A stretch of DNA of 64,000 nt from Candidatus Zhuqueibacterota bacterium (GTDB lineage: Bacteria > Zhuqueibacterota > Zhuqueibacteria > Residuimicrobiales > Residuimicrobiaceae): assembly GCA_963169875.1 (NCBI GenBank), contig CAUJEL010000040.1, forward strand, positions 93,570-157,569, read 5' to 3'. Below the pieces are notes generated by a model. It saw nothing but the letters and a program-made list of their open reading frames with translations. It was not told the DNA's origin and ran no database searches. The position numbers and the translations under genes are program-made. Within the stretch, counting starts at the first letter, position 1, and each line of letters opens with the position of its first letter. Of this stretch, positions 48,531 to 58,293 are shown in pieces.

Positions 48531-49124
48531 TTATCTTACGTAAGCCGCCAGCAGGGCGGCCAGTTTGCGCTTGGCCCGATGCAGGCGTGATTCCACAGCA
48601 GCCAGACTGATGCCCATCGTCTCGGCGATCTCCTGATACGACAATCCCTGATATCTGTGCAAAATGACGACGGCCCGCTGTTCCTGGGGTAATTTTGCCA
48701 GTGCTTCCCGGACCAGAGCAATGCGTTCTTTCTGCTCGATCTCCTGTAAAGGCGTATGGACATCTTTTGCTTCGATCTGAATCTCCTCATCCCCATTGTG
48801 GAGTGTGGAGAAAGGCTGCATCCAGCGGCGGCGGCGCTGTGCGCGCAACGTATTTAAACACTGATTGATGGCGATGCGGTAGAGCCAGGTGCTGAATTTG
48901 GCTCTGGGTTCGAAATTGTCCAGTGCCTGATATGCGCGCACAAAGGTATCCTGCGCCGCATCCTGAATATCCGGCGGATGAGGGAGATAATAGCGGCACA
49001 ACGTACGAATCTGCCGTTCGTAGCGCTGCACCAGTTCATCAAAAGCCCGTTGGTCGCCATGCTGGAACAGCTTGATCAACTCCTGATCTGTCCGCACGAC
49101 AGGTTTTTCTTCACTCATTCTCAT
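48531..49124 (-). CDS. ECF RNA polymerase sigma factor
   Basis: AFDELVQRY, DAAQDTF, FSTWLYRIAINQC, LSYQEIA..SRLHRAK. Confidence 0.95.
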   Translation of the reverse strand: MRMSEEKPVVRTDQELIKLFQHGDQRAFDELVQRYERQIRTLCRYYLPHPPDIQDAAQDTFVRAYQALDNFEPRAKFSTWLYRIAINQCLNTLRAQRRRRWMQPFSTLHNGDEEIQIEAKDVHTPLQEIEQKERIALVREALAKLPQEQRAVVILHRYQGLSYQEIAETMGISLAAVESRLHRAKRKLAALLAAYVR

Positions 49125-49463
49125 CCCAAGTCCGGCGCGTGCCCGAGTGTTTCGTATCGGTTTTCATATATACTAACACCAGCCGCGCAAAAAACTTGCC
49201 TCTTGTATATACATTTTCTCGCGAAAAAAAACAACACCGAAATCAATCAGAGAATGGCACACTTTTTGAGGATGAAAAGATGAAGTTGCAGAAGCGCAAA
49301 TAATCAGATATTGATTATATATAAGTTAGGTCTATTTCTTACACCTGGCAGGATATTTTGACTGCAAAAATTGTGGCACCGGTCTCTCAAGAGCTTTAAT
49401 CTGTGTGTCCTGAATGGGTCATTGTTTTGCATGAGGAGCAGCGTCGTGAAAAAAGAAATCGCC

Positions 49464-50912
49464 ATGAAGACTGGAAACTTTCTCGATGACAGGAACAGCC
49501 GCATCTGGTGGTTCTGTCTCATTGTCATTGTGTTGTTAATCCTGTTGAATGGGCAGAGTTTTGCGCAGGCTTCGGTGAGCGGATATGCGTACATGGATGC
49601 CAATCAAAATGGCATACAGGAAGAGAGTGAACGCGGGTTTTCGGGTATCCGCGTCGGACTCTATCGCAGGATCAGCAGCGAAGCCTTTCAGGAACTGACA
49701 AGCCTGCGCACGGAGACAAACGGGCATTTCATATTCATCATCGCCTCTGAAATATTGCCCGGGGATTTCTATCTGCAGTTTGAAAAGGTGCCGGGCTTTT
49801 ATTTCAGTCCTGCCGACCAGGGCGGCGACGATCTCTTCGACTCCGACCCGGACTCGAGTAACGGCCGCACGGCGCCATTTTATCTAGCCAATATCACCAA
49901 TGCCAACGGTATGAATGCCGGATACATGTCCGCGCCACTGGCGCCTCCGCCACCGGTCATCAATCCCATGGCAGATCTGGCCATAATCGGGGGTACCATC
50001 CCCGACTCGGCGCGCATCGGAGATGAACTATCCTATTCATTTGATGTCACCAATTTCGGTCCGGACACGGCAAAGGGGATACATATCTATTTTCCGGTAT
50101 CCGGGTTGATCGAAATCACCGCCATCGAGCCGGCGCCCGAAGACACCAGCGCCAATCCTCTGCACTGGATTGTGCCTGATCTAAGTGAGGGTGACCTGAT
50201 GACGTTTCGCGTGGATTTCAAAATTCTGGCTGAAGGAGAAGTCCGCGAGGATTTATGCAGCGTCACCGAGACCAGCGAATCCAGTGTCAGCAATAACTGC
50301 ACTCTGTTCAGCATTAACCTCAGGGTTCCCGTCGAAATGGTATCTTTCACAGGCGCTATGGCCGGAACCGGCGTGCGGCTGCAATGGGTCACTGCATCAG
50401 AGACTGAGAACCTCGGCTTTAATGTGTTCCGCTCGGATGATGAGCATGGTCCTTTTGTGCAAATCAATACCCCACTCATTGCGGGGGCCGGCACGTCATC
50501 CATCGAGCACCGCTATCATTTTATGGATGATGACATTAACCGGGATCGCACCTATTACTATAAAATCAACGATGTTGATTATGCCGGCCAAATCAGCTGG
50601 CACGGTCCCATTTCAGTGGTCACGACATCACCTTCGGCTTTTCAACTGGAGCAGAATTATCCCAATCCTTTCAATGCGCAAACAAGAATTCGTTTTCAGG
50701 TCGGCCAGGCCGCGCATTACGAGCTGAGCATCTATAATCATCTCGGTCAGCAAGTTCGTAACCTCATCAATCAGGAAATGGCACCCGGCGCCCATGAAGT
50801 GCTTTGGGATGGCATGGACAACAACTATCTTCCGGTTTCAAGTGGTAATTATTATTATCTATTGCGCAGTAAAGAGCAAACTGAGAAAAAATCAATGCAG
50901 CTGTTGAAATAA
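49464..50912 (+). CDS. Secreted protein: SdrD-B-like + DUF11 + FlgD/T9SS-like C-terminal domain
   Basis: YMDANQNGIQE, ADLAI..VTNFGPD, PVEMVSF..W.TASETENLGF, LEQNYPNPFN; start could be further upstream. Confidence 0.85.
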   Translation: MKTGNFLDDRNSRIWWFCLIVIVLLILLNGQSFAQASVSGYAYMDANQNGIQEESERGFSGIRVGLYRRISSEAFQELTSLRTETNGHFIFIIASEILPGDFYLQFEKVPGFYFSPADQGGDDLFDSDPDSSNGRTAPFYLANITNANGMNAGYMSAPLAPPPPVINPMADLAIIGGTIPDSARIGDELSYSFDVTNFGPDTAKGIHIYFPVSGLIEITAIEPAPEDTSANPLHWIVPDLSEGDLMTFRVDFKILAEGEVREDLCSVTETSESSVSNNCTLFSINLRVPVEMVSFTGAMAGTGVRLQWVTASETENLGFNVFRSDDEHGPFVQINTPLIAGAGTSSIEHRYHFMDDDINRDRTYYYKINDVDYAGQISWHGPISVVTTSPSAFQLEQNYPNPFNAQTRIRFQVGQAAHYELSIYNHLGQQVRNLINQEMAPGAHEVLWDGMDNNYLPVSSGNYYYLLRSKEQTEKKSMQLLK

Positions 50913-50967
50913 AGAGTCCCCCTATCACCACCAGAAGAATCTGTCTCTTCTGGTGGTGATCCCCCCT

Positions 50968-51065
50968 CAAGTCCGGTTCGCCGCTGGTCCCCAAGCATAA
51001 CCATAATTGGCGACTCCCTCGTGCGCGGCAACTACTCCATCCCAAGGCCGGTTCGCCGCTGGTCC
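50968..51065. repeat. 23-bp direct repeat pair (1 mismatch), 75-bp period
   Basis: CAAG(T/G)CCGGTTCGCCGCTGGTCC at 50968 and 51043. Confidence 0.85.
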
Positions 51066-51383
51066 ATAAAAGTTACATCTGGCACAATATTGTTCTCTTT
51101 TTGGCACAATTGTTGAATGATTAGCCTGCAGAGGTCACAATTTGGCTTTTTACACGGTCTCAATAAATTTACTAAATATTATTAGTAAATTAATTTTTAT
51201 TAACTTAAGTCGACAATGGCCAAATCAAAGAAAAAAGTGCATTTGATGAATGTGGCGCGAACGCCACAAAAATTGTGGCTTCACGTACTGCTCCTTGCAC
51301 CATACACTTGCAGTTATCCTTCTTTTGAGGTGCTTCAGCGTACCTGCACGCAATGTACAGGATTCCATTTATGGAGGTTGGGT

Positions 51384-53570
51384 ATGAAGGGTTTCAAGTT
51401 GTGCAAAAGAGGTACGGTCGTATTTGGGATGGGGATCCTTGCACTCTGTTCACTTTTTTCGCCGCTCTTCGCGGGTGAAATAATCATTCCGCCGCAGGGC
51501 AGCAACGTAGTGATTCAAACCAATGGCCCCAACGGCGAATTGGATAACGGCGACTACTGGAGCAATGCTTCGGCCAACGCGGGCCAACAGCCGCATGCTT
51601 ATCAGCTGTTTGTGCCGGCGACCGTACCACTGGATTTCCAGATCGAATTAGGGGTTTATGATCCGGAATGCTACCAGACCGGCAATGAAATGGATGAGAT
51701 GAAAGGGGATGGCTGGGACCAGACGCACTTCAGGCTCATTGCGCCGAATGGGTCAAGCGTGGTCGCTGACACTTTTTATCCGCCCGCCGGCGGGACATCA
51801 GAAAAATGGCGTTCTCTTGCCCAATTTACGCCTCAGTCATTTGGCTATGGGATCTATCGTCTTTTTGTGACAACCGAAAATGACGATGAAAACATGTATC
51901 GACTCAAAATTGTCGAGAATGATCCCGACGGCATCGCCAACAGCGGCGATGAGATGCATCTGGCCGTCGTCAAAGCCTCGCACCAAATGCTCAACGATGC
52001 TGCTGCCACCTTATCTTTCTATGTGCCGGCATCAATGCCGGAAGTCGTACTTGCCAACTTTGACCTCGATGGATCAGGCATGGTAACCTACACGACACCC
52101 GGCGGCGTGCTCCTCACGGGCACGACGTCGGGCGAATCGAGGTGGAACAATACAACGGATGCCTTTCTGCCGCCTCCGGGAGGTGATGTCTACTCCGCTC
52201 CGCAATCCGGCTGGTGGACAGCGTCTGTCAGCAGTGATTCCGGAAACGGCTTCACGTTTTATCCGAGTCTGCCCTATTTTCTCTATGAGCCTCCCGACTC
52301 CCCTGATTTGACGATCACCATCACCGACGGCAGGGACGCGATCACCAAAGGAGAACAAACGACTTATGCCATTGAGATTGTGAACAATGGCGCTGGCCCG
52401 GCATTATCCTGCCAGCTTATCACGTACCTCTCCGGTGGATTGACGGTCACGGACACCGGCGGCGGCACTTTGCTCGCGCCCGATCGTATTTCCTGGGAAT
52501 TCGGGCCGCTGCTCCCGGGGCAGACGCAGTCCTTTTCAGCCACCGTAGTGGTTGGCGACGGGGCAGTCAATCCAGTCGTGGCCACAGCCTCCGTCACCTA
52601 CGAAAATGTTCTTTTCAATCATTTCTCCAGTGCCTATGTGCTGGACATCGACCAACTCAGCGTGTCCGGCAGCATCAGTGGCACGATCTGGAACGATACC
52701 AACCATAACAGCCTGCGTGAAACCCTGGAACCCACCCTGGCTGATATCAGAGTGCATCTGATCTCGCAGAGTGGCGATACCGTGGGTGAGGCGACGACCG
52801 GCGATAACGGTTTCTATGCCTTTACCGACCTGCTCATCGGTGATTACCAGGTCCGGCCGGATGCCATATTCCTGCCGCAGGGGTGGGATGTAACCACGAC
52901 GGTGCAGCAGACCTGGTTGACCATCACGGATTTGGGCGAATCCCATCAAAACATCGATATCGGCTATGGCCAATTCGAGACGCCGGTCGAGTTGACCACC
53001 TTCACAGCCAGCTTTTCCGGCTCACAGGTTGAAATCGTCTGGGTCACAGAGAGCGAAACGGACAACCTCGGATTTTATATTTATCGCAGTGATTACGATG
53101 ACGGACCTTTCAGCAGAATCACTTCCAGGCTGATTTCCGGTGCCGGGTCGACGCAGCAAAGACAGACCTATCGCTATGCGGATCAAAATGCACCCGCCGG
53201 AAAAACCTGTTATTACAAACTCAGCGATATCTCCTATGCCGGTGTGGAAACCATGCACGGACCCGTTGCGGTGCAAACAAAGGCTGCGCCAGAGGCCTAT
53301 TCGCTGGGGCAGAATTATCCCAATCCATTCAATGGCAGCACGGTTATACCGTTCATCTTGAAAGAAGCAGGTGCGGTTCGCATGACCCTGTATAATCTTC
53401 TCGGACAGCAGGTGCGCCTCCTGGCGGACGGCACCATGGCGGCAGGGTCGCATCGCGTGATATGGGATGGCAAAGATGATGTCGGACGGGACGTCCCGGC
53501 GGGCGTGTATCTTTACAACATGATTGTGAATGATTATCGTTCAATGCGCAAGTTGCAATTTATAAAATAA
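51384..53570 (+). CDS. Secreted protein: novel N-terminal domain + DUF11 + SdrD-B-like + FlgD/T9SS-like C-terminal domain
   Basis: ATG after GGAGG; DLTITITD..IVNNG, IWNDTNHN, PVELTTF, LGQNYPNPFN. Confidence 0.85.
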   Translation: MKGFKLCKRGTVVFGMGILALCSLFSPLFAGEIIIPPQGSNVVIQTNGPNGELDNGDYWSNASANAGQQPHAYQLFVPATVPLDFQIELGVYDPECYQTGNEMDEMKGDGWDQTHFRLIAPNGSSVVADTFYPPAGGTSEKWRSLAQFTPQSFGYGIYRLFVTTENDDENMYRLKIVENDPDGIANSGDEMHLAVVKASHQMLNDAAATLSFYVPASMPEVVLANFDLDGSGMVTYTTPGGVLLTGTTSGESRWNNTTDAFLPPPGGDVYSAPQSGWWTASVSSDSGNGFTFYPSLPYFLYEPPDSPDLTITITDGRDAITKGEQTTYAIEIVNNGAGPALSCQLITYLSGGLTVTDTGGGTLLAPDRISWEFGPLLPGQTQSFSATVVVGDGAVNPVVATASVTYENVLFNHFSSAYVLDIDQLSVSGSISGTIWNDTNHNSLRETLEPTLADIRVHLISQSGDTVGEATTGDNGFYAFTDLLIGDYQVRPDAIFLPQGWDVTTTVQQTWLTITDLGESHQNIDIGYGQFETPVELTTFTASFSGSQVEIVWVTESETDNLGFYIYRSDYDDGPFSRITSRLISGAGSTQQRQTYRYADQNAPAGKTCYYKLSDISYAGVETMHGPVAVQTKAAPEAYSLGQNYPNPFNGSTVIPFILKEAGAVRMTLYNLLGQQVRLLADGTMAAGSHRVIWDGKDDVGRDVPAGVYLYNMIVNDYRSMRKLQFIK

Positions 53571-54174
53571 GGATCCCCTTTGTTGCGGCGGCGCGTTTTG
53601 CCGCCACCCAGTATAATGCCGGGTGTTCCCGGCATTGCACCACCTCAAAACCATTTGTTATGAGGAGTTCAGCGAGCGACGTTGAAGAAGGCAGGTGATC
53701 GCTGGCGACAATGCCGGACAATCGGGCATGAAATTCATTCAGCTGCGCGCTTCCGCAGGTATGCCAAATCAGAAGCATGCCCCCAGGCCGCAACACGCGA
53801 TGAATTTCGCGTAATGCCGTTTGCGGCGCCCGAAAATGCGGAAACGTTGAAAAGCAGATCACTTTATCAAAACTTTTCGCAGCCCAGGGCATAAACGAGA
53901 CATCGGCACAGACCGGAACGATCCCGTGTTGAGCATAGCGTTCTTTCCCCCCCAGCAACATCTGCTCGGCGATATCGACGGCGGTGATCAGACCCTCCTG
54001 CCCTGCCAGCTGTCGTAACAGGGGAGCGAGGATTCCTTTTCCGGAACCGAGATCCAGCACACGGTCACCGGGCTCGATGCCCAGGTTCTCCAATTGCTGG
54101 CAAGCCGCAGCAGCGGCTGCGCCGCTCCACTCCGGCGCTATGGCATTGAAATATGCACGATGCGGGTGTGACAT
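53560..54174 (-). CDS. Class I SAM-dependent methyltransferase (UbiE-like)
   Basis: VLDLGSGKG, AVDIAEQM, FDKVICFSTFPHF. Confidence 0.88.
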   Translation of the reverse strand: MSHPHRAYFNAIAPEWSGAAAAAACQQLENLGIEPGDRVLDLGSGKGILAPLLRQLAGQEGLITAVDIAEQMLLGGKERYAQHGIVPVCADVSFMPWAAKSFDKVICFSTFPHFRAPQTALREIHRVLRPGGMLLIWHTCGSAQLNEFHARLSGIVASDHLPSSTSLAELLITNGFEVVQCREHPALYWVAAKRAAATKGILIL

Positions 54175-54175
54175 A

Positions 54176-54694
54176 TCATGCCTGCAGCCTGTAGAGACTC
54201 TCATGTTTAAGCCGGCCAATGAGGACGGGCAAAAAAATCAGCATGCACAAGATGCCGGGGATACCGCGCACCACAGCCGCGATGGAGAACACGTGCGCCG
54301 GCCAGCCAAGCCACGGCGCAATCAGGCTCACCATGAATACTAGGGCTAACCGTGAGAGCGCCAATCCCAGAATCAACTTCCACAATATCCCCCATGCCGT
54401 GTTCACATAAAGAAAACGGATGGTCGCGTTGAGAACGAAAAGTTCAGCCATCATGACGTATACCAGGGGTGGCGCAAAGGGCGGCATGCCGGTCAATAGA
54501 CTGGAGATCAAAGGCGTGAAAAGCGCCAGCGTCAGCGCATAAGGAGTCGATAAAAAAAAGGCGCCTGCCGCAACCGGCCAGAACATGGGCAAGAACATAC
54601 TCCCCAGCCCTACGGCATGAAATATCATCGGCCAAACCAGGCCAAGGGCCAGAAACATGGCCGTGAGCGTCAGTTCCAGATTGTGTTTTTTCAT
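54176..54694 (-). CDS. ECF transporter S component
   Basis: LTAMFLALGLVWPMIFH..FLPMFWPV..PLISSLLTGMPP; about 6 TMs. Confidence 0.85.
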   Translation of the reverse strand: MKKHNLELTLTAMFLALGLVWPMIFHAVGLGSMFLPMFWPVAAGAFFLSTPYALTLALFTPLISSLLTGMPPFAPPLVYVMMAELFVLNATIRFLYVNTAWGILWKLILGLALSRLALVFMVSLIAPWLGWPAHVFSIAAVVRGIPGILCMLIFLPVLIGRLKHESLYRLQA

Positions 54695-54699
54695 TTATT

Positions 54700-56523
54700 C
54701 TACCAGGTAAAAGTCCATTCGATGCGCCCGTTTCGGCCTGGCATGGGATATCCCAGCAGACTCTGATATTCTTGATCGAACAAATTATTGACCATCGCCC
54801 GCATCTGCAAGCTGCGCAGGATCTGCCAGGTCAGAGAGGCCGCAACGGTTGCATAGTCGGGCAATGGCTGACGGTAATAGTCAGCCGCATAAAGATCCCG
54901 GATATATTGCGCCTGCAGCGACCCGATCAATCGACGCCAGGGAACGGTCACGGCGAGCGTCGCTTTTTTTCCCGGGGCATAGAGCGTCTGATCATCGGGA
55001 TCCAGTTTGCTCCAGGTCGCGTTGATCTCACAGCCATTACCTGGCAGCCAATGCAGACTCGCCTCATAGCCCGTATGATAAAATGCGCCGCTGTTGACAT
55101 GGTGCGGCCATCGCAAACGAATCAGATTTTGACCTTCGATAGCAAACAAAGCCGCTTCGAGTTTCAAATGGTCGCCGATCCGGTGCGATACGCCGATTTC
55201 GCGATTCCACAATTCTTCCGGCTGCAGATCCGGCGTCGGCGCTGGAAACAGATAGAGTTCGCGAATGGTCGGACTACGGAATCCTTTGGCAACAGAGAGC
55301 CGCAACGAAGTAGCAGAAGTCATATGTACGACCACGCCCAGTTTGGGAAGCAGACGCCGGCCAAACACCTCATGCTGTTCCAGTCGCACTCCGCCGGATA
55401 CCAGGAGACGTTGAAGCAGGAGCTGCTGAACGTGAAGATAAGGGGCATATTCCGTGATTTCATGTTCACCATAGTTCAGGTGACTGAGGACGTTGCTGGC
55501 CAGCCCTCCGTATGATTTCCAGTCAAAGCCTGCGGTGAGGCCGGCATCGCGCCAGGGCCGCGCCGTATGATAAAGCATGAGTCCATAGGTATGATCCGTG
55601 GAACGGAAGCCGTCATAAATACGATGTTTTCCAAAATTGCCATGGAGGCGAACAAAACTCTCGCCGCAATGGCTATCATGTGACAAGGAGAGATCGCCAC
55701 CCCAGCGGCGGATATCATACCAGTGATCGCTAAAGGGCTGCGAGACGGTTCCCGGATCGAAAAGGTCAAAATCCGACCAATTGGCGTTCGCTTCGAATCG
55801 GGTGTGCTTTCCCGCCTGATAACCGCCATGAAGCGTATAATGCAGGGCCTCATAATCGGAAAACGCGCGATGACCGTCGCTGTGGTTGTACGCAGCCATG
55901 AGAAAATAATCCAGGCGGCCTTGTTTGCCGCCGTGCTGTGCCATGGCGGAACGCGTGGCGTAACTGCCCATGCTGGCACGGAGCCGGGTCTCGAAACCGG
56001 GATCACGACGCTGCCTGGTGACGAGATTGATGACACCGCCCATGGCGTTGGTGCCATAGAGAAATGAAGCTGGTCCGCGCACGACTTCCACCCGTTCAAT
56101 GCTGGACATATCATAGGAATCGGGCAGAGGATGCCCCATTAATCCCATCATATCCGGACGTCCATCGCGCAATACCAGAACGCCCGTCACGGGTGATCCA
56201 CCTGTGCCGCGGATGGAGAGGCCACCCGCCGCACCATTCGCCACACCAAATCCCATCAGCCCCCGTTCCGTGAGATAGAGTCCGGGTACCTGGTACTGAA
56301 CGGCTTCCAACACGGAATGGCTGTTAAACCTGGACAAATTTTCTGCATTTATCACGGTGATACTGGCGGCGATTTCGCGCTGGGATTCGGCCATCTTGCT
56401 GGCGGTGATGACCATTGGATCGAGATGGTAGCGGATGGAATCGCCAGGCACCTCCTCGGCGGAACCAGCTGCATATGCCATTAAGAAGCAAATGAAGCAG
56501 ATATGTAAAAATGCTCTTTTCAT
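54700..56523 (-). CDS. TonB-dependent receptor, probably nickel/cobalt related
   Basis: Plug SIERVEVVRGPASFLYGTNAMGGVINLVT, NNLFD, C-terminal FTW. Confidence 0.93.
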   Translation of the reverse strand: MKRAFLHICFICFLMAYAAGSAEEVPGDSIRYHLDPMVITASKMAESQREIAASITVINAENLSRFNSHSVLEAVQYQVPGLYLTERGLMGFGVANGAAGGLSIRGTGGSPVTGVLVLRDGRPDMMGLMGHPLPDSYDMSSIERVEVVRGPASFLYGTNAMGGVINLVTRQRRDPGFETRLRASMGSYATRSAMAQHGGKQGRLDYFLMAAYNHSDGHRAFSDYEALHYTLHGGYQAGKHTRFEANANWSDFDLFDPGTVSQPFSDHWYDIRRWGGDLSLSHDSHCGESFVRLHGNFGKHRIYDGFRSTDHTYGLMLYHTARPWRDAGLTAGFDWKSYGGLASNVLSHLNYGEHEITEYAPYLHVQQLLLQRLLVSGGVRLEQHEVFGRRLLPKLGVVVHMTSATSLRLSVAKGFRSPTIRELYLFPAPTPDLQPEELWNREIGVSHRIGDHLKLEAALFAIEGQNLIRLRWPHHVNSGAFYHTGYEASLHWLPGNGCEINATWSKLDPDDQTLYAPGKKATLAVTVPWRRLIGSLQAQYIRDLYAADYYRQPLPDYATVAASLTWQILRSLQMRAMVNNLFDQEYQSLLGYPMPGRNGRIEWTFTW

Positions 56524-56530
56524 AAACTTC

Positions 56531-56950
56531 CTATTTCAGGTGTTTTCCGGTCGTGGTTGCCACCAGCTTGCCGTGTTTGACGCCTTTCATGCCAATCAGG
56601 GCATCGGCGAGATGTTGCACAGCCTCCGCCTTCCCTTTGACGGCAAGCACCTCCAGACAGTTATCGTGATCCAGGTGAATGTGCATGGTGGAAAGGATTT
56701 CGTCGTGGTGGTCATGCTGGACGTGGGTGAGACGTTCGCTGATATCGTGGCGGTGATGATCATAAATCAGGGTGACGGTGCCGACTTTTTCGAGATCATC
56801 GCGTTCCCATTCGCGTTGTACCAGGGCATCGCGAATAAGATCGCGCAGCGCCTCGGAACGGTTATCGTACCCTTTTTCCGCGATGAGTTGATCAAAGGCC
56901 GCGAGGAGACCGGCATCCACAGAGACGCCGAAACGCATGAGTGAAGACAT
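56531..56950 (-). CDS. nikR: Nickel-responsive regulator
   Basis: RFGVS ribbon-helix-helix, [31 protein letters not shown]. Confidence 0.96.
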   Translation of the reverse strand: MSSLMRFGVSVDAGLLAAFDQLIAEKGYDNRSEALRDLIRDALVQREWERDDLEKVGTVTLIYDHHRHDISERLTHVQHDHHDEILSTMHIHLDHDNCLEVLAVKGKAEAVQHLADALIGMKGVKHGKLVATTTGKHLK

Positions 56951-56959
56951 GGCATTCCC

Positions 56960-56988
56960 AGTGTTACTTTTTTTAAAAAGGTAACACT
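56960..56988. promoter_or_regulatory. NikR operator overlapping the nikR promoter
   Basis: AGTGTTAC-N13-GTAACACT perfect palindrome overlapping the -10 of a TTGCAA-17-TACCTT promoter on the minus strand. Confidence 0.85.
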
Positions 56989-57013
56989 ATTACAGGGAAT
57001 TTGCAAGGGAAAA

Positions 57014-58252
57014 TCAATACAGCAAATACTTTTCCCGAAGTGGCAGAAACGACTGCAGATCCGCCTCGGCCATGCGCCACAGAGAGTCAGCGGCAACGCC
57101 CTGCTGCAGGTTTTTGAGAATGGCGGCATCGCTGAGGAGACGGTTCAACGATGCCTCGCGTAATTTCAACGAGTCGGGGTGATGCTTGCGAATGGCTGCG
57201 AGCAGATACAATCCAAAACGCAGCGATTGAAACGCCCTGGGTTGCGTCACCGAAAAAAAGAGCCCGCGGCAAGGTTTCTGATCGTGTTTGTTGGCGGTGG
57301 CCACGCCCGGCAGGTCCTGCGGCACAAACGATACCGTGTCGATGCGCACTCCGGTGACGGGGGCGCCGCGCAGCTCATCCGCAATGGTCCCGGCGTTCAG
57401 CCACGGCGCGCCGATCTGTTCAAACGGATGCAGCGTGCCGCGTCCTTCCGACAGATTGGTCCCTTCGATCAAACAGGTGCCCGGATAGACCAGTGCCGTC
57501 TGCAACGAGACCATATTGGGCGAAGGCTTGACCCAGGGCAGGCCGGTCTCATCGAAAAGCATGTCGCGTTTCCAGTTGGCCATCTTGATGATTTTCAAAT
57601 CGGCCCGCACACCATTTCGCAGCCATTTTTCGCCATTGAACAGCAAAGCCAGCTCGCCCACGGTCATGCCGTGGCGGACGGGCAGTTCATGGATGCCGAC
57701 AAAGGATTTGAATTCCGCATCCAGCACAGGTCCCTCCACCAGATGGCCGCCAATGGGATTGGGCCGGTCGAGCACGACATAGGGTATCCCCTGTTCGGCG
57801 GCCGCCTCCAGGGTGAGGAACAAGGTGCTGATGTAGGTATAAAATCGTGCGCCCACATCCTGAATATCAAAGACGAGCACATCCACATCCTTCAGCATTG
57901 CCGCCGTGGGCTTTCGCGTCGCGCCATAGAGGCTGATGGCGGGTATTTCTGTCAGAGGATCCTTTTCGTCGGTAATGGTCGCACCCGCTTCGCTGTTTCC
58001 GCGCACACCATGTTCGGGGGCAAACAGCACCGTGAGGCGCACATTGCTGCAGGCCGCCATCAAATCAGCCGCATGGCGGTTGTCGGCCGTAACCGCTGTA
58101 TGATTGGTGATGAGACCAACGCGTTTGCCGGCCAATGCAGCAAAATCGTTCTCTACGAGCACGTCCAATCCGGACTGTACTTGATTCTCGGGTGCGGCGC
58201 AAAAAGCGGCGCATGTGAGCAGGCCGAAAATCACCGCAGATGCACATTTCAT
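57014..58252 (-). CDS. namZ: DUF1343 exo-beta-N-acetylmuramidase NamZ family
   Basis: GLITNHT, FAPEHG, FDIQDVGARFYTY, DRPNP, RHGMTVGEL, SEGRGT. Confidence 0.9.
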   Translation of the reverse strand: MKCASAVIFGLLTCAAFCAAPENQVQSGLDVLVENDFAALAGKRVGLITNHTAVTADNRHAADLMAACSNVRLTVLFAPEHGVRGNSEAGATITDEKDPLTEIPAISLYGATRKPTAAMLKDVDVLVFDIQDVGARFYTYISTLFLTLEAAAEQGIPYVVLDRPNPIGGHLVEGPVLDAEFKSFVGIHELPVRHGMTVGELALLFNGEKWLRNGVRADLKIIKMANWKRDMLFDETGLPWVKPSPNMVSLQTALVYPGTCLIEGTNLSEGRGTLHPFEQIGAPWLNAGTIADELRGAPVTGVRIDTVSFVPQDLPGVATANKHDQKPCRGLFFSVTQPRAFQSLRFGLYLLAAIRKHHPDSLKLREASLNRLLSDAAILKNLQQGVAADSLWRMAEADLQSFLPLREKYLLY

Positions 58253-58293
58253 GAGTGTCTCCTTTTGATGAACCAGCGCGAAAGATTCCATGG

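Noticed and set aside
50968-51065. Mini CRISPR array
   Set aside because: Only two repeats with a 52-nt spacer, no clear repeat palindrome and no cas genes.
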